NCBI RefSeq assembly: GCF_009914755.1
Contig: NC_060936.1
Strand: one strand, 5' to 3'
Origin: the human T2T-CHM13v2.0 reference genome, Homo sapiens
DNA length: 64,000 bases
Part shown: positions 1 to 21,790 of the stretch, in pieces
Numbering within the stretch: position 1 is the stretch's first letter
Layout of the letters: each line of letters begins with the position of its first letter
The notes under the pieces: generated by a model
Databases searched by the model: none
What the model saw: the letters and a program-made list of their open reading frames with translations, nothing else
Told to the model about the DNA's origin: nothing
Position numbers and translations under genes: made by a program

Positions 1-155
1 TGAAAATGTAAAATGGATTTGTTCATATCCTTAAGGTTTAAAGTCCAAAAATGGTGTTACTCTTTTAAAATCCCAATGTAATAACTATCTACCTTTTAGT
101 CACTTTCTCTTATGTCTGAGGAAGGGCTTGAGAACTAAGATGACAAAATACGAAC

Positions 156-315
156 CTTGAGGTCTTTCGGGTTTCGAGGTAAAGACTTCGGCTGTTTCTT
201 GATTTTTGTAAAGATGAGCTTGACGATGGGGTAGAATTTCTCCATTGGCCATTTGCACTCTGGCCAAAGGTTCTTAAATCGCCTGAGCCAAGAAAACTGT
301 CTGAGGAAGGATTAT
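156..315 (-). CDS. SENP1: SENP1 coding exon (exon 5), SUMO-specific protease 1 N-terminal region
   Basis: Minus strand encodes (D)[52 protein letters not shown]; AG acceptor at 316-317, GT donor at 154-155; 160 nt. The gene continues beyond the window start. Confidence 0.95.
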
Positions 316-1957
316 CTAAAAAAATAAAAGTTTGAATAAATTAAACAAATTCTACAGGTGGTTCTCCTTATGACTGCAACCATGACCAACCATTGTATTC
401 CAAAGTAATGTGGCATGTCACCATTTCTCTCATGGAAGAAAGATCCCAGTCTCAACTGCCAGTAAAGTCTGCAGTAGGGGAACTTCTACAAACTATAATT
501 GATTCAGCCATACTAACCTGAAAATTGATGAAGGAGCTGAATCCTGCCACAGCCATGTGCCTTATCTGCATCAATGTGACTCCGTGGTGTCCACCAAAAG
601 TCAACATTTTACCCCAACTATATCTTGCAAGCACTCCCAGGCCTGGGCCTGAAAGAAGGTAGGCCAGACCAGTAAGAAAGCAGGTGGGGGGCCAGTGAGA
701 ATTGTAATTCAAATGAACAACAGTTATTGATTACTAAGCAGCTAGTGTCACTTTCTTCGTTTTAGTTACCATGTTCAAGACTCAGGTACTCTCTCAAAGA
801 GCAGAGATAACCTAATTGCTGCTTATTCTGGTTGGCTTATGGCAAGGAATGACCCATCATATATATCTGGTTCTGGTATAATAATCTTCAGTCATCTAAT
901 GCCATAATCAAACATATTATTACTCCAATGTTTGCTACTACAATCAGATTAACTGAGAATTACTTATTATTTGAATTTTCTAACTTGTGGATTACAATCT
1001 GGCATATCAAAAACCTCCTGAAGTTTCAGCTAGGAGTGGTAGAATAATTTCTATACCCTCCTCTCCCTATCTGCAGAATTGGACAATTTAAAACAGCTCC
1101 CTCAAAATAACTTCAGACATTAAGTTATGGAACTCTAAGGAGCTCCAGTGAAAACACAAGAATAATAATTCTCTATTTCTGGAATTTTTTTCTAATGCTG
1201 ACATTATTTTGAAGATATTCTTTTAAAACATATTACTATAGAACTTTTCGCAATATTGTAAATTTATGCTATTAAAAGTATTTAATGTATCTTTTCATGC
1301 TCTATCCAAATAGGCAGCCTTCCAAAATATAATTTTGTGCTTCTGTAAGCTAATCAAGATGTCAGGATTTAGGGTAAATAGGAAAAAAGAAGAAGTCATG
1401 GCTGGTATTAGCACTTGTTAATTCAACAGTTGGTGACCTTAGTCTGATAATTAAAATAAGCTAATTTACTTTCAAAATGAATTGTAACTTTGTTCCTTTG
1501 TAATCAGTATCTATGCTTAGCATCTATTACTATAATTTTGAGGATAGAAACATGATGCTAATGAAAATGAGTCTTAGTAAAGAACTAGAAAATTATTATA
1601 CTTAAGTTTAAAGTTGTAACAGTAGAAATATTTGTCTCTCACACATTTTGGCTAAAATTTGATTAGGGCATGATCTAAATACAGATATCTATCTGAGGCA
1701 TCGGTCTGTCAAAAATGCAAATTACCCTAACAGGTGTGAAATTTGAGACCAAGGATAAGTCAGAGTAGCATTCTCAACGGCATGTGACAGAGACTGCAGC
1801 TTTAAAATGCAAGGGGAAAAGCAGAAGATCAGGCAGTCTGTTTAAACAGAAAAAGGTGGTTCCAATCCCAATGAAATTGCTGAATGGTGTTCTATTGCTG
1901 ATGGGATCAAACAAAGCTAGAGACAGACCAAGAGGAAACTACAGATACTGTTTTTGT

Positions 1958-3318
<1,361 letters not shown>

Positions 3319-4382
3319 TAAAGTTTTGCTGTAACAAAGTAAACTGTAAAAAAGTTTTTAAAATTTTATTTTTTAAAAAAATCAATGTTTTAAATACTCT
3401 AATCTTAAGTGGATTGAGAGGCAGATTTTTAAAAAGCTTGATCTAGAGAAGTCAATCCAATAAAGTAATAAAGGAGAAGTTCCAGATCCTAGATCCTAAA
3501 GTTTGGGCCTTCCTGCTCATTTTCATCCTGGTGAAGGAGGGGACAGCAGGGTGAGAGAGAAGACAAATACCAATAAAGTCAGGATCAGCAGATAAAGGCA
3601 GGTAAACTGAGGGTCCGTGTCTAGCCCAATCAAGAGGTAAGGCACAAAGTGATGACCACTGCAATCGATGTGGGGATTATCAGAAAAGAATATATCCAAA
3701 GGAGAGAGCATAATTGGAATGAGTGTGGAAAGAGGAAGAAGTTTTTTTAAAGTCCATAGTAAAAAGTAGGTTTTAATTAAAGACTTCATTATAAGAAAAA
3801 AATATATATAGACCACTGACGTTCACAGATTTAAATTCCTGATTTTTAGAAAGGGACCTTTGATGTCTGTGACATGCCATAAGCTTGTTTGATCAGGGAC
3901 TAGATGAGATTTGTTAAAGGCACAAATTTGAGTCCTCTGCTTCAAGCTGTAATTTAGCATCCCATTTCAGTATGACTTTATTATTTACTATTGTTATTCT
4001 CTAATCATCACCATATATATAGTAACTGTTATAATTATTTTCTTCTCCAAAAAAAAGGTACTCAAGTGAGAGATGAAGCTTTTAGTGTAAGACTGTTGAT
4101 ATGGGAATCAACTTGTGGTATGAGGATAAACATAAGAAAAATGTAATTCTCAACAATTACGTAACTGAGTAGAAAGCCAAGGAATCTGGCCAAATATTAC
4201 ATTAGGACTTAAGATAATCTTAGATATATTCTTTGTGAATATCAAGGGTTTACTAAAACTTAGGAGAAAAAAAGCTCTATATACCAATGCTTTTAAGTCA
4301 TGTTATTAACAATAGCTGAAAATGGTAAGGGTAAATGTGCACCTAAACCATAGGGAAAATAATGAAGCAAATGAAGGCACAC

Positions 4383-5036
<654 letters not shown>

Positions 5037-5126
5037 CGTATCAATTCCATGAATTAGAAATGAGCAGAAAATGATAAAAAAAAAAAAAAAAAGAACATGT
5101 TGACACATGAAAAACTATAACTATTA

Positions 5127-7048
<1,922 letters not shown>

Positions 7049-7702
7049 CTAACCAACAAAACTCTTAGTTTCTCAAGGCAGGGGCAGAAGACCCTTGGAA
7101 GTCCAAACCCTAGTAAGAGGGCAGATGATAGATAAGTCAGGCAGGTCACAGGATAAGAACAGCCTAGAGAATGCTGACTTCTGTCATGGATCACAAGTTA
7201 AATAGAAAAGCCCTTGAATATGCAAGCATATGGCTGTGGCAGGTGCTAGACAGAAACATGTAGTTAACATTTCCTGCCCTGAAAGAAGGACAAGCTCAGG
7301 AAGAAATAAATTTTCAGGTTTCATGGTTTCAAGCAGAACAGAAATAAACTTGCTCTGTGATTTAAATTAACGCAAAACAAACACCCTTTACACACATCAC
7401 ATACACATATTCCCAAAAAAAGGTCAAAAACAAAGTTGTATTGCTTTTTACAATGGCATAATGGACAGTTAGATTCTCAAAACACTTTCCCACTAGAAAA
7501 CCAGTATTTGGATGAGACAAAATCAGTAAAGTATCATAGCAACCACATACACAGGAAAAGCCATTCAAATGATGTTTTAGTGAAGAAAATACCATCTTGT
7601 TTTTGACAATGTTTTTACTTTTGGAGATGATAAACATAAACGATATGCTATCAAGAAATCCAAAAGGTATAAAGTCCCTTGACTCCAAGTAATGTGTCAT
7701 AC

Positions 7703-7787
7703 CTGAGTAATAGCTTGGATTATAAGCTGCACTTCTTGTGGAACATGTAAAAGATCGGTCCAAATGTCCTTGCCTGGAAGATAAAAT
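7703..7787 (-). CDS. SENP1: SENP1 coding exon (exon 4)
   Basis: [28 protein letters not shown] (inside ORF 7362..7763); AG/GT boundaries; 85 nt; phases fit both neighbouring exons. Confidence 0.95.
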
Positions 7788-7820
7788 CTAAACAAAGCAG
7801 AAGATTTTTCTTAAGTCACA

Positions 7821-8305
<485 letters not shown>

Positions 8306-9353
8306 AAGACTATAGCAGAACTAAGACTATTTCAGAACTCAATATAATTATATTTATATATTATACGTATTAATACTACATACTAACAAGAAAGGAAAAC
8401 ACATAGACAATCTAATGAAATAATTCAGGCTTCAAGGAAAAAAACAGGCAAAATATTTGTTATACAATTTAATTCAAAGAATGTTCACTAGAAGGTAAAT
8501 ATGTATTTAGTACATCCTGTCTGAAAGCCATTTATAACACATATTAAAAAGGTTGAGAAAAATCAATCTGGTTTTGGTTCTTTTGATAACTTTACAGAGA
8601 TAGCTCTTAATCAGAGGTGGTGCTGTACCCTGAGTACATATCTGGAAATGTGTGGATATATATTAACTATTAAAATGATTATGGGGGGAGGTGGATGTTA
8701 CAGGAATTTAGTGCCTAGGGCTCATGGATGCTAAACATCCTACTATAATTAGGAAAGATTCACACATCAAAGAATGATCTCATCCAAATTACTAATGGCT
8801 TTCCTATTGAAAAAGACTGCTTAATAGTGCTCCCCACACTTTCATGTGCATATAAATCAAATGAGGATGTTTTTAAAATATAAATTCTGATTCAGTGATA
8901 TGAGGTAAAGCCTGAGAGTCTGCATTTCTATCAAGCTCCCAAGTAATGTTGATGCTGCTGGTCCCGAACTAGACCTTGAGAAATCAGGCATTATAGCACA
9001 GACATCTTAGAGCTGCTGTATATTTTCACATTTCTCCCCCATTTAATGCTCAGCAATTTTAGGTGCTAGTTTAAAAGAACACTGATCTGCATATAAGTAA
9101 TTTTAAAATTCAGAGGAACAATGAGTTTTCTAAAACGTACTGTTCTCAAAGAACTCATACATAGCCTATTTTGTCTTAACGTCCTTGTCTTAATTTTAAT
9201 ATATAGAGCAGAATTCCAAACACTAAAATTACTGATTCTAAAAAGTTTATAGCTATGCTTGTATTTTTGAGTGTGGCATTTAAACTACATAAGATGAAAA
9301 CTTATGATGAGCCCAAATAATTAATTAATTAAAGGAAGAAAATTGCTCCTAAC

Positions 9354-9484
9354 CTGCTGGTCAGAAAGCGAAAGCTGGTCCTCTGGAAAACCTGTTTGTG
9401 GCAGGAGGTGGGTTTTGAATACGGAGTTGTGGTTCACTAAAGTCACTTCTCCAGCATCCATCCTCATCCTATCAGCAATATCAT
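9354..9484 (-). CDS. SENP1: SENP1 coding exon (exon 3)
   Basis: (D)[43 protein letters not shown], the recognised SENP1 N-terminus; AG/GT boundaries; 131 nt. Confidence 0.95.
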
Positions 9485-9578
9485 CTGGGGAGACAGTCTG
9501 GATTAGTTCAAGTCACATAATTCTTCAATAACGTTTTTCCTATGAACCAATCTTTTCACCTAATAAAAACAATTCCCA

Positions 9579-10195
<617 letters not shown>

Positions 10196-10401
10196 CAAAA
10201 AAGAACTTGAAGAACAACTCTGCAATAAAATAAAATCCCTCTTTCATAGCTAACCAATGGCAAAAATCTCATATTGTCATTGTCAAAAGAGGTCCATGTG
10301 CAGAAATTGGCTCATTTGGAATTAATTGAGGCCATCTACCAAACAGTTCAAAACTTGTACACATATAAAAACAGCTTAATTTAAAGCTTTAAAAATAACG
10401 A

Positions 10402-15674
<5,273 letters not shown>

Positions 15675-17269
15675 TTAGAACAATTTATGATATAAGAAGG
15701 GTGTGAAAGCAACCATGTGAAATCACCCTTTTCCAAGTTCTGAAAAACAATTATGTGTACAATAGTTTGTACTATATCGTCATGTGTTTGAGGTTCTTTC
15801 CTTCTATTTTTACATGTAATCTCTCCCAATCACTCTAACACCTTAAATACCTTAACACTCTAACGCCGTAAACCCTAAGTATTCAAATTCTTTCATACAC
15901 ATTCATTTACTGTGCACCGACTACGTGCATTAAGAAAGGGTCCCTGCCACTGAGCAGCTCACTGTCTAGTAGGGAAAGCCAGATCCATAAACAGGTACCG
16001 CAAGACAGTAGAGCTGGTACAACTGATAGAAGATGTAGAAGTTGGGAAGAAAAGGACAAGAGTTCCAAAGCCGCAATGCAAGTCAACAACTGCATTCCCT
16101 TAGCCAGAAGTAGCAGAACCTGTTTTTGTACCCATCCACTCCCTCTAGACAACTCATTAGATGAGTGACATGAAGACCATCTTTGCAGTTGGGATAATTA
16201 ATTGAAGTCAGTTAAAAATGAATAAGCCTTCCTAAAAGGGACTAGAGAGGAAAAATAAAGGGTGGTAGAGTGTAAACTGGAAGTAGGTTAAGGGATCATG
16301 CTTATAGAGATGCTTAAAGTTGCGCTTTAACTGTAATTTCAAAGTCAGGGTAATCTGTATTTCAACATGAGTCCTTAACACAAATTATTTTTATGAAGAA
16401 TAAAGATTTAGGAGATGATGAGATCTAATACATCCAGAATAACCAATTATAACAAAGACCCTCAGTCAAATAGTTGGTAGTAGATAAAAGGCTTTATATG
16501 AATATTACAAGAATCACCACCACTCCAAATATAATAAGTGTACCAAATATGAAGTAAAATGACTTTAACAAGGCTGACTTGAAAGTGATAAAGAAGCAAG
16601 TTACTGCTAACAAGATAGTGGAAATACTGCACAGGCACCGATAAACAGAAATCACCAAGCTCAAGGAAAGAGAAACGAGGCATATATCCAGAGATCACGT
16701 TAGGGTACACCAAGAAAGAGACGGTTCAAGGGAATTACCAGGAGGCGATGAGCCAGGTAAGCAAATTGTGGCAGTTAAGGGGATTTTCATAACCTGAGCA
16801 GGAGGGTCCAGACGTTTCTTTCTGATGGTGGCACTAGCGATATCACATCTCAGGGAGATACCACAGAGTAGGAGAGTTGGAGAAATGTTTACGTGAGACG
16901 CAGAAGTAGTCAAGAAATATCACTCGGGTCTCAAGGAAGGCGGGAGATGAAGCCGGTACCACAGAAAGCCGAGCTTCCCGGTGAAAACAGCTCTCCCCAG
17001 AGAAGACCCAGCTCTGGCGGGAAAGCCCCGGAATCGCAACCGGCCTTTCCCCAAGTACGGCTGGGCGCTGGGATGGGGCCTGCTGTAACGGCAGGGAGAC
17101 GGTCTCTCCGCGGCCCAGGAGAGAGAGAGACCAGAAGGAACGGCCTCAGGTAGCCTAACGGCCACCGGCGGCCACAGCGCGGCCACCGGACAGCAGGGGG
17201 GAGGGGAGGTGGTCCCAGGGGGCGGGGCAGAGGAAAAGGCGCCGGCCCCACAGTGCTCCCCGCTTCCGC

Positions 17270-17476
17270 CCAGTCCAGCCCGGGCCGGCTGACCGGGTCC
17301 GACACAGTCTCCTGGACCAGGCTCCCTCCATCCTCACCCCTCCCCCAGCTTCCCGCCGCCACTCACCGAACCGGAACCGGCTGCCATGCGAAGGGGTTTC
17401 CGGCCGGGCGCGGAACGCAAAACCCGGGAACCGCCGCGAACCGGAACCGCCTTCACAGCACCGGAAGAGTCGCTAG
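17270..17476 (+). other. PFKM: PFKM distal first exon (overlaps SENP1 exon 1 in antisense; 5' end approximate)
   Basis: Donor CTAG|GTGGCT at 17476/17477; splices to the exon at 18708 in the long isoform as recalled. Confidence 0.65.
17367..17470 (-). other. SENP1: SENP1 non-coding exon 1 (5' end approximate)
   Basis: Lies in the CpG island; minus-strand donor TCG|GTGAGT at 17361-17366. The TSS cannot be fixed from sequence alone. Confidence 0.8.
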
Positions 17477-18716
17477 GTGGCTGAAGAGGAGGGGGCTGGG
17501 GCAGGAGGTCAAAGAACAGAGTTAAGGACCAGTGGGGCGCCTGCGCGGTGTGGCGAGGCCCGAGAAGCGAAGGGAGCATTTAAGACTAGTCGTAATTTCT
17601 CAGTACCCTTTTCAGTCTGGGCTTTTTCGCTTTCTCGTACTCGGAATACTGTTAGTGAGCCCTTCGTCCTATGCTTTTCTCTGTTCCCTCTGCTCCCTTA
17701 CCCGCCGCCTTCTGGTTCCGCCCGGCGAGTTTTGCTTGCTTGCGTTCCAGTTTCCATGGCAGCTTTTCGCGGTGGCCCTAAATCTGCGGAAACCTGTGGC
17801 TTCCCCCGACAGATAGGGACCTGAGATCTAAATCGATCTCAGGCTATCTCGTGTTTTATTGAGAATCACAGAACGTTAGTGCTTGTAGAAGTTATTGGAG
17901 ATACTTTAGTCTTACCAGGTTCAAAGAAGTGAAGTGATTTCCCAAAGGTTTTAAGTGCACGGCCCATCTAGGACTAGGAAACAAGTTTCTTAACTTGCAA
18001 TCCTGTACTCTGCACCACCTCATACTTGATTGACCATTCAGCAAGCAAACAAACAAACAAACAAACAAGCAACTTGAGGACGGATTAGGCTAGACTCTGG
18101 CAAGATGTAGAACCTTCCAGAACTCTGGAGGAATTTGAAACAGGCAGAGCTGTGAGGAAAGCTTTTGGGAGCCCACTAGAGATCTGCTTTTCTGGGTAGA
18201 GATAGAGAAGGACCCAGGAATCACCTGTGACCTTTGAAGGGCTTTGTTGTTCCTGGGACACATTGATTAACCTGGAATCTGCCATACTTTCTAAGAGAAC
18301 ATAATGGGAAGAAATATGTTTGTTCATTCAGGCTTTTTGTCAAGCACCTCAGCTTGGCAGGCCTCTGGACCCAGGCCCTGTAGAAGTCTTAGAGAAATGC
18401 CCCCTTAATAGGTCCTTTACACCCAGATCACAGCCACAGGCACAGTCTGAGCTCAGACTTAAAGAAGGGCAGTTTCTGGAGGCCCCCAGCCTTTCTGATA
18501 CTCTCAGCAGCTTGCTGAGTTCAGGGTTTCCTCCCCTGTCAAATACATCAAAGTAGATTATTTGTATTGCCTCATGTGCTGATACTTTTATATTATATTG
18601 TCAAGTCCTAAGGCCAAGTAGTCATGAGTGTAGCTGGTCCATGTCAGTCACTGACATCTTATTTCACAGCTCTGTTCGTTTGGATTAAACTCTGTCTCTA
18701 TTTCTAGGAGGCAGCC

Positions 18717-18798
18717 ATGCTTAAAGACGAGTTTCATCTGAAATTTTTCATGTGTGTGATTCAGTCTCGCCAGTTAGTCAGGACTCCTCAGAGAACAG
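18717..18798 (+). CDS. PFKM: PFKM long-isoform N-terminal extension exon (exon starts at 18708)
   Basis: tttctAG|GAGGCAGCCATG; encodes MLKDEFHLKFFMCVIQSRQLVRTPQRT; donor CAG|GTACC; phase 1. Confidence 0.85.
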
Positions 18799-19414
18799 GT
18801 ACCCTTGTCTCCTGATCATACTCCAGTGACAGAGAATGGGTTCTCTCACAAGAAGTCTAAATACAGGATGTGAGGCTTTCTAGTGTAAATACGGATTTTA
18901 GGGGTCAACTGACCTTGTTTATCACATTCTCACTTTGATAAAATATTGATCACTGAGTCGTGTATTTTCCGGGTAAGATTTTGACCTGGTTTGTTGTGAT
19001 AGATGCCAGGCAGATAAGGAGGACTTGAGAGTTGAGGGGGGAACAAAATTTATCCCATGAGCTTGTCATTATTGTGTTGTTATGTGAATTACTTCGACCA
19101 GTCTGGGCTCATCTGTGGGAATCTTTATTGTCATTATAACTGACACTCCAAAACTATCAGATAAATCAAGCCCTAAGGAAAAATGGCCTTCTCATCCACC
19201 CCACCTCAAAGTATCTAGTTATATGTTCTGCTTTCCCCCATGTATGTCAAGGGAATAGAATCTTTTTGAGGTACATCGCGTCTCTAATTTTTCACTGGAT
19301 TTTTGGAAAGAAAGCCCTGGACAGCTCAGAGTCATAGGGAAAATGAAAGGGAGTAAGGAACACTCCCTTCCCAGAATCCCACCTTGAGGGTGACCTAAAG
19401 CTATTGTTTCTCAG

Positions 19415-19537
19415 CTGGGGAAGCTTCTACTTCCAGCATGCTCATACCAAAGCCACCACCAAAGACAGACATCTTGAAGAGTCTAGATACTATGGATGAT
19501 CCAGACACCGTGGGAAGCATACCTGTTTTCAAAACTG
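19415..19537 (+). CDS. PFKM: PFKM long-isoform N-terminal extension exon
   Basis: 123 nt, phase 1-1; encodes AGEASTSSMLIPKPPPKTDILKSLDTMDDPDTVGSIPVFKT; joins 34109 in frame (E-W-I-M-THEE), giving an 851-aa isoform. Confidence 0.85.
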
Positions 19538-19677
19538 GTGAGGCATGTGGGTCAACAGTGAGAAATGTTCAAAGGAATATGGGAAAGTGAAAGTTGTATG
19601 CATAGTATTATAAATCAGCGTAGACCTACTAAAGCTGAAATATAAGACCCAAGGGGGAAAGTCTGTGTGTGTGTGAA

Positions 19678-19709
<32 letters not shown>

Positions 19710-21229
19710 AAAGAGGGATGGGGAGGGAAAGGAAGAAGGGAGAGAGGTGGGGATGGATCATCTGGGAAATTGTAGGGAAACAGACACATCTCTATGCAGA
19801 ATAACTTAATTTGGTCAATATTAAATCAATTGGCTCATAACTGTAAACTACTAATCTGGTTTATCCTATTGTCAGCATCCTTGATATATAAATATGTGAA
19901 ACTTAAGAAAGTTGACTAAATGAGTTATTATTTTACAAAATGATTCTAAATATTGTAAAAAATTTTCATCTTAGGAAACCATTTAATAATAGATTTCTCA
20001 TGTATTTTTAAATGTTCAATTCACAGGCAATTTATATGAAGCTTCAGAAACATATCTATGTATTTCGTCTTAACTTAAATACATCTATATTGGAGTCAAT
20101 TCACTGGAAACCTTTATTGAGTTCCCGCTATTTGCCCAATAATATACTGGAAATGATAGATTATAAAACATATGTATAAGGCATATCCTTGCCATTGCCC
20201 CAATAGCTTACACTTTGGAAATGCCTTAGCGATTATTTACCCCAACTCTCTTATATTTTCAGAAGGAACTCAGGACTAAAAGGTTTTCCTCAGAAAGTTG
20301 ATAATTTCATTAAAGTAACAACTCCTAGCACTTATGAAATATATATCAGTATTTAGCCATATTTTTGAGCACTCACTATTTGAAATCATTGGGCTAGACT
20401 CTGTAGGAAATGAGAAAATGAAATAGACACTTTCCCTGTTCCCTAGGAGCTTATGATTAAGGACGGGAGATAATATGGAACAATGTGTAAGTTAAGAACT
20501 TAATAATTTTGGTTCAAAATGTTGAATTGGTTCAAAATAAGATGCCATAGAAATGTAGGGTTCAAAATAACTTTGGTTCAAAATAAGATGCCATAGAGAT
20601 GTAGGGAAGAGAACAGCCAGCTGACTGCTCAGAGCCAGCTTTTCTTTTCCTTCCTTCCTTCCTCCCTCCCTCCCTCCCTTCCTTCTTTCTTCCTTCCTTT
20701 CTTTTTCTTTTCTTTCCTTTTTTCTTTTCTTCCTTTTGCAACTGTTTGTGGTCTACATCCCTTTAATCAGACTTCCTTTGCCCCTGCATAGAAAGCAGCA
20801 AGAAATAAACCCAGCTGATGGTTTTTTCCTATTGTTTATTGAATTTGTACAGATTATTTCCTATTTGCCCTCATCTTTCCTGCTTTTTTCATTCTCCTTT
20901 TGCTCTGGTGTACCTAAAACTCACCTCAGACTCCCTTTGCTCTGATGACTCATTTGGACCTGCTTCTGTGGTTTGAACTCAGCATTGTCTCATGGACAAA
21001 ATTCTGATGTTCAACTTCTGCCTTTAAATCCTGGGGTCTGTGTGGCTCAGTTAAGTGGCCACTCTTAACCCTTTCAGCTTTCCTACTAGAGAAAGGAAAT
21101 CTAATATTTTCCCAGCACCAATAAGGCCTCCATTCCTCCTCTTCTGCCTACCTCCCTGCTTCCTTCCTCATCCTTTCCTCTTCCCTTCCTCCTTCCCTCC
21201 TACTCTTCCTCCTTCTTTGACTTCCTTCC

Positions 21230-21790
21230 AAGAGAATGTGTTGAGCACATACTATGTCAAGTACTGTACTTGGCACTGGGAATAAAGTAGTAAACAAAAC
21301 AGGTACATTGTCTGCTCTCATGAAGTTTATAGTCTTGTGGGACTAAGACAGTAATCACACAATCACACACATGGTTATATAACTAGAATGGTGTTAGTGC
21401 AATGAAGGAAAATAACTCCATGTAATCAGAGGATAAAACAAGGGGTGTAATATGGCCTGAGAAGTCAGAAAAACCTTTCTCAGGAAGACCTGAGGGATGA
21501 GTATGCATTAGCCAGGCAAAGAGAGAAGAGCTTTCCAGAAAAGGGGACAATAGGCTGTGAAACGGGAAAGAGCAGAATGGGCCAATGTGACTTGATGATG
21601 GGAGGAATAGCGGGAGAGTGAACTGTACAGGTGGTGTAAGAGCCAGATTGTGCAGTGCCTTCTAGGTCTTATGGACACTTTTGAGCTCTGGGAAATCACT
21701 GAAGAATGATAGGATCATATTGCGTTTTAAAACATCTTTCTGGCTCCTGGGTGGAGGATGGATTGGAGAGGTACGAGGGTAGTTATCTGC
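21230..21790 (+). mobile_element. L2 fragment
   Basis: ttgagcacatactatgtcaagtactgtact...ggatggattggagagg, typical L2 3' sequence. Confidence 0.6.

Larger units (their letters stand above)
16930..17830. promoter_or_regulatory. CpG island, bidirectional SENP1/PFKM promoter
   Basis: High GC and CpG density; GC box GGGGCGGGG near 17219-17228; repeated ETS/GABP CCGGAA cores (17371, 17441, 17461); NRF1-like GCGCCTGCGC at 17537-17546. Confidence 0.9.

Noticed and set aside
16893-17824. Overlapping Pro/Gly/Arg-rich ORFs on both strands
   Set aside because: Expected from stop-codon depletion in a CpG island; most start at non-ATG codons and resemble no known protein.
20505-20606. Direct repeats as a CRISPR-like array
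   Set aside because: Human DNA, only two long copies, no regular spacers and no cas genes.
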